From: Bacteroidales bacterium
Lineage (GTDB): Bacteria > Bacteroidota > Bacteroidia > Bacteroidales > PUMT01
Direction: 5' to 3'
DNA length: 39,640 nt
Assembly: GCA_007131165.1 (NCBI GenBank)
Contig: SLRB01000129.1
Location: forward strand, 1 to 39,640
How positions within the stretch are numbered: position 1 is the stretch's first letter; each line of letters opens with the position of its first letter. Under the pieces are notes generated by a model, which was not told where the DNA came from, did not search any database, and saw only the letters and a list, made by a program, of their open reading frames with translations. Below are positions 18,218 through 25,993 of the stretch, in pieces. The position numbers were made by a program, and so were the translations under genes.

Positions 18218-20653
18218 ATGTTGAAGAATTATATTACTGTAGCATATAGGAATCTGTTTCGAAAAAAGGGTTATTCATTTATCAATATTTCCGGACTTGC
18301 GATAGGAATCGCCAGCTCACTTATAATACTTCTCTTTGTGCAGGATGAGCTGAGTTATGACCGGCATCATGATAATGCCGCCAACATTTACCGTCTTTGC
18401 ATGAAAGCCAGTATGCAGGGCAGCAGCTTCAATGCGCCTATAACACCGGCACCTATGGCAGCAGCGCTTGTAGCCGACTATCCTGAGGTGTTGAGTGCTG
18501 TCAGGTTCTTCAATTTTGATGCTACACCCGTATTGCGTCATGGCGACAGGAGTTTCGTCGAAAGGGCATTTGTCTGGGCCGACTCAACTCTATTTGACAT
18601 ATTCTCGTTCAATATGGTTCAGGGAGACCCGAAGAACGCCCTCAACCGTCCCCATACGATTATAATGACCGAGTCGGCAGCAAGAAAATACTTTGGCGAT
18701 GAAGACCCTTTGGGCAAGACACTGGAGTTTGGAACCCAGCGTATTCAATTTGAAGTAACAGGTATAATTGAAGACCTACCGGCAAATTCACATTTTTCGT
18801 TTGATGTGGCCGGTTCTTTTGTCACCGTTCCTCAACACAGTAACCAGATGTGGGTAAGCAATAACTATTACACCTATATTCTTCTTGACGAAAGGTCAGG
18901 GCCTGCTGAGCTTCAGGCCAAATTTCCCGAAATGCTTGAAAGGTACCTCGGGCCGCAGATTGAAACCGCACTTGGCATAACCCTTGAAGATTTCTATGAA
19001 AGCGGCGATGAATGGGGGTATTACCTGCAACCGCTTACAAGCATACACCTGCATTCCGACCTTCAGTATGAGATACAGGGTAACGGAAGCTTGACCACAG
19101 TTGTGGTGTTTTCATTAATTGCACTTTTTATACTTGTTATTGCGAGCATAAATTTCATGAACCTGTCCACCGCCAGGTCGGCCGGAAGGGCTAAAGAGAT
19201 TGGCCTTAAAAAGGTGGTGGGTTCATCAAGAGCCCAGCTGATTTACCAGTTTCTTGGCGAATCGGTATTTTTAAGTTTTGTATCACTGATTGCAGCCCTG
19301 GTGCTGGTTGAACTTTTTTTGCCCGCTTTCAACAATTTATCCGGCAAGCAGCTTCAACTTCAGTATTTCACCACCTGGTACACCCTGCCCGGTTTATTGC
19401 TCGTCGGCATTTTTGTAGGGTTTATGTCAGGTAGCTATCCGGCATTTTACTTAGCCTCTTTTGAACCTGTGAAGGTACTGAAGGGCAGCCTGCAGTCCGG
19501 GATGAAAAGCTCAAGGTTGAGAGGTATGCTTGTGATTTTCCAGTTTGTAATTACCATTGTGTTAATAATAAGCACTCTGACAGTATACCGCCAGATGAAT
19601 TATATCAGCACAAAGGATCTGGGCATGGATCCCGATAACGTGCTTGTTATTCAAAGGGGTTATAATATTCCCCAGGAGCAAAGGGAGGCGTTCTGCCAGG
19701 AGCTGGAGGGGTTTGCCGGGGTTCTCAGTGCCTCAAAGGCCCATGCTATACCGGGAACACCATTCAGCGGAAATGCGTTCAGGCGGGAGGGGACTGCTTC
19801 GGGCGAACAGAATATAATCTCTAATGCCTGGGTGGATTGGGACTATGCTGATGTTCTGAAGCTTGAACTTGTTGACGGGAGGTTTTTCTCGCGTAATTAT
19901 GCAAGCGATTCCCTTGCTGTTGTGATGAATGAAACAGCAGTAAGGCAAATGGGATATACAGATCCTGTTGGCAAACGTGTCCTGCAGACCGGCGCGGGTG
20001 GAACAGAAGATGCCCCCGAGGATATTGCTTTTACAATAATCGGTATCGTGCGGGATTTCCATTTTGAATCACTGCACCAGACTATCAATCCCATGATCTT
20101 AAGTCCCGGACAATGGGGCGGTTATATCATTGCAAGGATTGAGCAGGGCAGTTCTGCTGCCGCTGTTGATTTTGCCCGGTTAAAGTGGGACGAGTTTGTA
20201 GATGACCAGCCATTTGAGTATTCATTTCTGGCAGATGACCTTGTTTCCGGATACAGGAGTGAACAGACGACGGGGCTAATATTTTCGATTTTTGCAGTTC
20301 TTTCGGTTTTTGTTGCCTGCCTGGGGTTGCTCGGACTGGCATCGTTTACCGCAGAACAGAGGAGCCGGGAAATCGGAATAAGGAAGGCTATGGGGGCATC
20401 AGTAATATCGGTGATGTCGCTGCTTTCAAAGGAGATAAATTATCTGCTGCTTATTTCAACCCTTATAGCCTGGCCGGTTGCCTGGTATTTTATGAAAAGC
20501 TGGCTTGAGAATTTTGCATACAGGATTGATCAGGGAATCGGGTTATTCCTAATAGCATCAATATTGACCTATGTCATAGCTCTTTCAACAGTCAGTTACC
20601 AGGCTTACAGGGCTGCCAGTCTGAATCCTGTTGACACGCTCAGGGATGAATAA
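18218..20653 (+). CDS. ABC-transporter permease, double FtsX/MacB-type (paralog 4 of 4)
   Basis: I placed the start at the internal ATG (MLKNYITVAYRNL) because it aligns with the N-termini of the three paralogs; the ORF-track start at 18134 adds 28 non-homologous residues. KEIGLKKVVGS and REIGIRKAMGA, and a C-terminal NPVDTLRDE. Confidence 0.8.
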   Translation: MLKNYITVAYRNLFRKKGYSFINISGLAIGIASSLIILLFVQDELSYDRHHDNAANIYRLCMKASMQGSSFNAPITPAPMAAALVADYPEVLSAVRFFNFDATPVLRHGDRSFVERAFVWADSTLFDIFSFNMVQGDPKNALNRPHTIIMTESAARKYFGDEDPLGKTLEFGTQRIQFEVTGIIEDLPANSHFSFDVAGSFVTVPQHSNQMWVSNNYYTYILLDERSGPAELQAKFPEMLERYLGPQIETALGITLEDFYESGDEWGYYLQPLTSIHLHSDLQYEIQGNGSLTTVVVFSLIALFILVIASINFMNLSTARSAGRAKEIGLKKVVGSSRAQLIYQFLGESVFLSFVSLIAALVLVELFLPAFNNLSGKQLQLQYFTTWYTLPGLLLVGIFVGFMSGSYPAFYLASFEPVKVLKGSLQSGMKSSRLRGMLVIFQFVITIVLIISTLTVYRQMNYISTKDLGMDPDNVLVIQRGYNIPQEQREAFCQELEGFAGVLSASKAHAIPGTPFSGNAFRREGTASGEQNIISNAWVDWDYADVLKLELVDGRFFSRNYASDSLAVVMNETAVRQMGYTDPVGKRVLQTGAGGTEDAPEDIAFTIIGIVRDFHFESLHQTINPMILSPGQWGGYIIARIEQGSSAAAVDFARLKWDEFVDDQPFEYSFLADDLVSGYRSEQTTGLIFSIFAVLSVFVACLGLLGLASFTAEQRSREIGIRKAMGASVISVMSLLSKEINYLLLISTLIAWPVAWYFMKSWLENFAYRIDQGIGLFLIASILTYVIALSTVSYQAYRAASLNPVDTLRDE

Positions 20654-20694
20654 AAACTGTTCAGGATGGTCAGGCGCAATGTGTTTTTACCCGG

Positions 20695-21342
20695 CTAATC
20701 CGGATATCGGTAATTTTCAAGCAGTTCAATACCATATCTTGTTGCAACACCTCGGGTCATGCTGATTATAATATTTTCGTAGATTTCTGATATTTTATAC
20801 TTCTTTGGTGGGAAGATCGAGGGGTCGGATATCATGAACAATTGTTCAATAAGAATTAGGGCAATTATTTCTTCATTGATATCCTGCATATATACGCCCT
20901 GTTGCTTCCCTTTCTTCAGCAGATCTGTTATCAGCCTGAAAGAATGGGCCTTGCCTTCCTGTATTTTTTCTTTCCAAATTGAGGGATAGAGTCGCCGCAG
21001 GTCGGCGTAGTAGGCCGGGTTTATCTGCGAAAGGATTTCCGATCCTGTTTTCAGCAGGACCAGGACTGCTTCGATAATGTTTTTTGATTCATCAATGATC
21101 TGTGTATTGATTTTCATTTGCTCCCTTTGGTTCTGGTCAATGGTTTCCCTGATAAGAGAATCCTTGTTCCTGAAATTCTCATAGATAGTTCTTTTTGATA
21201 TTTTCAGTCTCCTGGCTATCGTATCCATTTTTATCTTTTTCACTCCATGGATGAAAAAGAGTTTTGCCGCTTCAGTTATAATTTGTTCCCTGGCATCCAT
21301 ATTAGCTTGAATTGAATTAACATTGCTGTGAATATCCATCAT
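20695..21342 (-). CDS. TetR/AcrR-family transcriptional regulator
   Basis: N-terminal HTH region IITEAAKLFFIHGVKKIKMDTIARRLKISKRTIYENFRNKDSLI, followed by a helical ligand-binding-type C-terminal part. The true start may be the Met at 21300 (MDAREQII). Confidence 0.8.
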   Translation of the reverse strand: MMDIHSNVNSIQANMDAREQIITEAAKLFFIHGVKKIKMDTIARRLKISKRTIYENFRNKDSLIRETIDQNQREQMKINTQIIDESKNIIEAVLVLLKTGSEILSQINPAYYADLRRLYPSIWKEKIQEGKAHSFRLITDLLKKGKQQGVYMQDINEEIIALILIEQLFMISDPSIFPPKKYKISEIYENIIISMTRGVATRYGIELLENYRYPD

Positions 21343-21596
21343 AAAGTATTATGCACCAACTGGTACTTTAAAGCCTGGATCTTTTAATTACAGCCAATCT
21401 TGCATGTTATTTCACCATATTTTGGCATATACTGACCATATGAGAAATGCATCTTGCCGTAAGTTCCGGTTGTATGCATGATTATTCCCATTGCAGTATT
21501 GCCTGACGAATTCTAATGGCAATATTATTAAAAATTTAAATGATTAAAGCGTTTAATGTGATTAAGCTGATTTATCAGTATGAAAGATAATTAATT

Positions 21597-21613
21597 CTGA
21601 CAATAATTGTCAG
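21597..21613. promoter_or_regulatory. Perfect 17-bp palindrome CTGACAAT-A-ATTGTCAG (candidate operator)
   Basis: 8-bp arms with one central base and no mismatches. It lies in the spacer between the TetR gene start (21342) and the small lipoprotein ORF (21775). A weaker CTGAT-TT-ATCAG palindrome is at 21567-21578. Confidence 0.4.
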
Positions 21614-21727
21614 GAGATATTGTGTTTTTGTTTCTATGTTTTTTAGAATATCGTAAATGTGGTTTAAAACAGGATAAAGGATGATCCAAATCATCCGACT
21701 TCAATATTTACCATATCACTTTTTTCA

Positions 21728-21735
21728 TATTTTTG
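21728..21735 (+). promoter_or_regulatory. -7 promoter box TATTTTTG upstream of the small lipoprotein ORF
   Basis: Exact match to TAnnTTTG, 40 nt upstream of the ATG at 21775. Confidence 0.4.
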
Positions 21736-21774
21736 GTTGCTGTTTAAAAAAACGTTTTTTAAAAAACCGAAACT

Positions 21775-21906
21775 ATGAGATTGAAATCACTGTTACCCCT
21801 GGTTGTTTTCCTGGTCGCATTTGTCATACAGGCATGCAGTGTTCACCCTATCTGTCCTGCTTATGCCGATAAAGAAAAACCTGCAGAGCAGGTTGATAAT
21901 ACCTGA
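21775..21906 (+). CDS. Putative 43-aa lipoprotein (below the ORF-track length cutoff)
   Basis: ATG to TGA reads MRLKSLLPLVVFLVAFVIQACSVHPICPAYADKEKPAEQVDNT. It has a basic n-region, a hydrophobic core, a lipobox-like IQAC, and a short Cys-containing hydrophilic mature peptide. A -7 box lies upstream. Confidence 0.35.
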   Translation: MRLKSLLPLVVFLVAFVIQACSVHPICPAYADKEKPAEQVDNT

Positions 21907-22686
21907 GAATTCGCGTTCCTCCCCGCTCATTTCCGACATCTCCCGGTCGCACCGGCAGGTTTTTATCCCTGGATTGGTTAAATTACCGCCCCCGCCTGTC
22001 TGCGAACGAAAAGTATAATAATTATACGCCGGTGCTTTGCCGCGGGGCAGTTAATTTAAGGCATACCTGCCTCCCTGACTATTGCTATCAGGAATTTACA
22101 ATTCCCCTGCCTATCTTGGTAAACAAATTGTTGCTTTTGGCTTCTTTTTTTCATAAATTGTTTCCATAAAACCTGTACAGGCCTTCGGCAGACAAAATAA
22201 CATGCAGATCACATCCGGAGAATAGTGCCAAATGACCAACATTCTGCATGTGAGTTATATCGAGGGTCAATAAAGCTTGGACGTCCCATTGGGATTGAAA
22301 AGTTTTTTAATAGTAATTAAAATTGGTACATATTGTTGACGTAATTGCTAATTGCACTGTACAGGTATAAAACTTTCATAACCAGGAACCGGATGGAGGG
22401 ATATGGTTATAAGAGCTGCGGTTCATTCAACAGGCTGCCGTATCAGGATTGTCTTTTTTGCTTCCCGCAGATTGCAGTCTTTTGGGTTGAATTCACAGGT
22501 ATAAATTCGCCGGCAATCACACTTCTTTTCAGCCGGCTACCAGGGCGCACAGGTTAAGTGTGCTCTGGTATTAATACCCCGTGTTACAGGGGAAGGGTTT
22601 CTATCACAGTAAAATATCTCGACCGGACATAATCAGATATTGGCAATATAACATTGTAAACCTTATTTCTCACTAAACTTTGGGTT

Positions 22687-23697
22687 ATGAAAAAAAATGC
22701 ATTTTCTATAGTCATTGTTATTCTTGGCCTTTTTATGTTGTTTGCCTGCGGGAGTAGCGACGAGGTCAGGATAGGCTTCAGCGTGGGGCCTTCTCATGAA
22801 AGATGGGAAAAAGATATTGATTACTTCACTTCAAGGGTCCGGACTTACGGGGCCACGGTCTATGTGACTGAAGCGGACAACAGTCACCAGAAACAGCTTG
22901 AGCAGGTTCGTGACCTTCTGAAGAGAGGCATAGATGTACTTGTTATTGTGCCGGTTGATAGCCGGCAGGCTGCGGAGATTGTTAATCTTGCGCACAACAG
23001 TGGCATAAAAGTGATCGCATATGACCGTATCGTGAACAACTGTGACCTTGATTTTTACATCTCTTTTGATAACATGAGGGTCGGGGAAATGCAGGCAGAG
23101 TATCTGACCCGGATGCGGCCTGAAGGGCATTATGCTTTACTGGGTGGTGATGCAATAGATAACAATTCAATACTGCTTCGTCTCGGACAAATGCACGTGC
23201 TGCAACCCTTTGTCGAAAGCGGCAAGATCAATATAGTGGTTGATCAATACATTAGAGATTGGAGTGATCAGGAGGCTTACCGGATAATAAACGACTACCT
23301 TGAGGAAAACCCCGGCCGCCTTGATGCTATTGTTGCATCCAACGATCATATTGCCGGGGGTGCATTCATGGCTTTGGAAAAACACGGACTGGCAGGCAAG
23401 GTACTGCTTACCGGGCAGGATGCCGAAGCGCAGGCGTGTAGAAGGATAGTTGAGGGTAAGCAGACCATGACTGTATACAAGTATATTGAAACACTGGCAG
23501 CATCAGCAGCCTCTGCGGCAGTTTCCCTTGCGAAGGGAGATCCGGTAATGAATACCCAGCTATCGATCAATAACGGCAAAGTGATGGTTCCTTCGATTCT
23601 TCTTTCATCAATGGTATCTGTTCATCCAGAGAATTTACGAATGACGGTGATAGCTGACGGCTTTATTGATGAAGGATTGGTTTTTCAAAACAGGTGA
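22687..23697 (+). CDS. xylF: Periplasmic sugar-binding lipoprotein, D-xylose-binding protein (XylF)-like; orphan, with no ABC partner genes nearby
   Basis: Signal peptide plus lipobox (LFACG). Colinear with E. coli XylF as I recall it, including RWEKD, GIDVLVIVP, GIKVIAYDR, DFYISFDN..VGE.QA, LGGD..DNN, ASNDHIAGGA, TGQDAE and KQTMTVYK. Confidence 0.75.
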   Translation: MKKNAFSIVIVILGLFMLFACGSSDEVRIGFSVGPSHERWEKDIDYFTSRVRTYGATVYVTEADNSHQKQLEQVRDLLKRGIDVLVIVPVDSRQAAEIVNLAHNSGIKVIAYDRIVNNCDLDFYISFDNMRVGEMQAEYLTRMRPEGHYALLGGDAIDNNSILLRLGQMHVLQPFVESGKINIVVDQYIRDWSDQEAYRIINDYLEENPGRLDAIVASNDHIAGGAFMALEKHGLAGKVLLTGQDAEAQACRRIVEGKQTMTVYKYIETLAASAASAAVSLAKGDPVMNTQLSINNGKVMVPSILLSSMVSVHPENLRMTVIADGFIDEGLVFQNR

Positions 23698-23716
23698 TAT
23701 TGCCAGGCACTCATTT

Positions 23717-24697
23717 TCAGAATATTTTTCCGATGAATTCGGTGGCTGAAATGTTCTGAAGATATTTGGGGAAAGGTATGGTTTCAAGTTTATTATAAAG
23801 CTCAGTCTCTTCATGCCTTGTTCCTTCAAGAAGGGTTTCAACTATTGAAGTTTCCCGGCTGTTCAGGTGGTCTCCGGATATTTTTGCCTTGCATATAATA
23901 CCTCCTGAAACATACAGGAAAACATGGACCAGTCCGGCTCCGGTCATAAAAGACCTTTCAAATTCATATTTTGGCGAATATCCGAAATTCCATTCCCATG
24001 TGCGGTATTTGTCATCGCGCAGCTTTTTTATAGATATGAGGTCTTCATTTGAGAATTCATATTTTACGGCACCCGGATATTTAGTCATAATATGTTCAAG
24101 GATCATATTTCTGAACTGAATCACATCCATATCATTCTTAAGGTGGTCCTTTATGTTGGTAACTCTGCTGCGGATGCTTTTTACCGCTTTGCTCTGATAT
24201 TTAAGGGGGTTTACCTTCAGGGCATGACTGAGTTTATCCATTTCAGATGAAAAAAGAAGCGTACCGTGATGCAGAACCCTCTTTTTATAAACATGCTCGG
24301 CATTACCTGAAATTTTTTTCCCATTTATCGTAAGGTTGTTTTTTCCGCTGAACTCTGCTACAATCGAGAGGTTTTTCAGCACTTCAATCACCGGTTGGGT
24401 ATATTTTTTGAAATCTACCAGTTTGCCTTCACTGCCGTTCATAATGAACGTGAAGTTCAGATTGCCCAGGTCATGGTAGACCGCACCTCCCCCGGATAAT
24501 CTTCGGGCAACCTTTATATTACTTTCCCGAACATAACCCATGTTGATCTCGCCGAGTGTGTTCTGGTGCTTTCCAACAACAATGGTATTATCGTTCCTCC
24601 AGAGCATGAAGCAGTCTCCTGAAAAATTATGAAGGAGATACTCCTCTGCTGCCAGGTTGAACCAGGGGTCAGTTGAATCGTGGGTGATGCAAAGCAT
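23717..24697 (-). CDS. lplA: Lipoate-protein ligase A
   Basis: DPWFNLAAEEYLL, MLWRNDNTIVVGKHQN, ARRLSGGGAVYHDLGN.NFTF, HHGTLLF and SIRSRVTNI are all colinear with LplA. I placed the start at the internal Met (MLCITHDSTDPWFN); the ORF-track start at 24745 adds 16 residues. Confidence 0.85.
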   Translation of the reverse strand: MLCITHDSTDPWFNLAAEEYLLHNFSGDCFMLWRNDNTIVVGKHQNTLGEINMGYVRESNIKVARRLSGGGAVYHDLGNLNFTFIMNGSEGKLVDFKKYTQPVIEVLKNLSIVAEFSGKNNLTINGKKISGNAEHVYKKRVLHHGTLLFSSEMDKLSHALKVNPLKYQSKAVKSIRSRVTNIKDHLKNDMDVIQFRNMILEHIMTKYPGAVKYEFSNEDLISIKKLRDDKYRTWEWNFGYSPKYEFERSFMTGAGLVHVFLYVSGGIICKAKISGDHLNSRETSIVETLLEGTRHEETELYNKLETIPFPKYLQNISATEFIGKIF

Positions 24698-24943
24698 TAT
24701 TTGAAAAATTTTAACAATTGTAAATGTAGATGAATTTTTGTTCATTTAAATTACACACGGACGAATGAAAAAAAAACATCGAAAAGCGAAGCGGTTCATC
24801 CTGTAAGTCAAAATTTTGTATTTTTTGAACAAAATTTTGGCTTTTATACAGGATAAATATAGGATATCCGGGCCACACATTTACTAAAACACATAGCTGG
24901 CCGTATGGCAGGGATTCAATACAAATGAAAAAAAGGCGGTTGG

Positions 24944-25375
24944 TTAAAAGTTGGTAATTCGCAGCATATTCCCCTGTATTGTAGTTTGATATTGCTTCAG
25001 GGGCCGCTTTGCGGGGCCTTTCTGTACACCTCCGCTGTAGAAAAGCTCAAACTCCGAACCGCAGCAGGGGCAAGATGCCTTGAGCTCGGTTTCATCAAAT
25101 TCTACGGCACAGTGCTTCGAGGGCTGGAAAGAGCAGGTGCGGTCAAATGCATTGAATTCGCGGTCCTGAAGCCTGAAAAGCAGAATGCCGTTAACACCCT
25201 CTTCAGGAATTACCCTTGCCTGAAGCAATCCGAGAGTCGCCAGCTCCGTATTAAGGTCCATCCACTTATCGACCCTCACATTGGGTATCCAGTCGTCCTT
25301 ATCGTCACAAGAAATAAAAGTTGACAGGATCAAGGAAATAATAAATAATTTTATTAATTTTGAACTGAATATCAT
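24944..25375 (-). CDS. Lipoprotein with a degenerate Rieske-like domain
   Basis: Signal peptide plus lipobox (TFISCDD). The C-terminal half resembles small Rieske proteins (AFDRTCSF...ASCPCCGSEF...GPAKRPLKQY), but the two His ligand positions are not His. Confidence 0.55.
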   Translation of the reverse strand: MIFSSKLIKLFIISLILSTFISCDDKDDWIPNVRVDKWMDLNTELATLGLLQARVIPEEGVNGILLFRLQDREFNAFDRTCSFQPSKHCAVEFDETELKASCPCCGSEFELFYSGGVQKGPAKRPLKQYQTTIQGNMLRITNF

Positions 25376-25397
25376 ATCCGAAGAAAAGTAATTTTTA

Positions 25398-25405
25398 CAA
25401 ACCTA
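25398..25405 (-). promoter_or_regulatory. -7 promoter box TAGGTTTG (read on the minus strand) for the Rieske-like lipoprotein gene
   Basis: Exact match to TAnnTTTG, 23 nt upstream of the ATG at 25375. Confidence 0.45.
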
Positions 25406-25513
25406 CACGAAATTTTGTTTATCTTAAAGATATTACATGATTTTGGAGTGGTTTTTTTTTATTGACTGTGCCTTAATAAATTTCATACCTGGCAACTGGA
25501 ATTTGATAACAGG

Positions 25514-25993
25514 ATGTTGGGTAAATTAATTGATCAGATTATGGAAGGCTTTTTTGAAAGTTTCATTTACCTGCTTATTACTATCGTAATACTGGTTCTG
25601 AGCATGAGAAAGAAAAAGCCGGTTGAGCAGGCCCCGGAAGAGGAGGCACAGCCAGGCGATCCTTTCTCAGATGTTTTTGGAGATGAGGATGAAGACATTG
25701 AAGCAGCTGAAACCGTACCGGGACCCGTTACTTCGGGGGCTCGAAAAGAAGAGCCGGCAGGTGGTAAATCCGTTCAGTGGATGTCTGAGGCTGAAGCCAA
25801 AGAGATGCTTATGGATGCCGATGCAGTGATGAAGGAGGCTGCCGCTAATAACCCAATTGCCAGATTGGAAGGGCGGGTAGAACAGGTTTATGAAGATGCA
25901 TACAATGTTGGCGGTCCGGAAGGCGGGGGAGTCCCGTTCAACCTCAGGAAGGCAGTAATCTATTATGAAATACTTGACCGGAGGACATTCTGA
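25514..25993 (+). CDS. Hypothetical membrane-anchored protein with an acidic linker
   Basis: One N-terminal TM segment (FIYLLITIVILVL), an Asp/Glu/Pro-rich low-complexity stretch, and a C-terminal motif FNLRKAVIYYEILDRRTF. I did not recognise an enzymatic motif. Confidence 0.5.
   Translation: MLGKLIDQIMEGFFESFIYLLITIVILVLSMRKKKPVEQAPEEEAQPGDPFSDVFGDEDEDIEAAETVPGPVTSGARKEEPAGGKSVQWMSEAEAKEMLMDADAVMKEAAANNPIARLEGRVEQVYEDAYNVGGPEGGGVPFNLRKAVIYYEILDRRTF

Noticed and set aside
20654-21342. TetR as the dedicated regulator of the FtsX array.
   Set aside because: The TetR gene is convergent with the array, 3' end to 3' end, and its promoter region faces away from it. A regulatory link is possible, but the gene arrangement does not support it, and the candidate operator lies on the other side.
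24746-24943. Tiny plus-strand ORFs beginning MKKK (MKKKHRKAKRFIL at about 24766 and MKKRRLVKSW at about 24925).
   Set aside because: They are 9-13 codons long and arise from poly-A runs in a spacer whose flanking genes are both on the other strand. Nothing supports translation.
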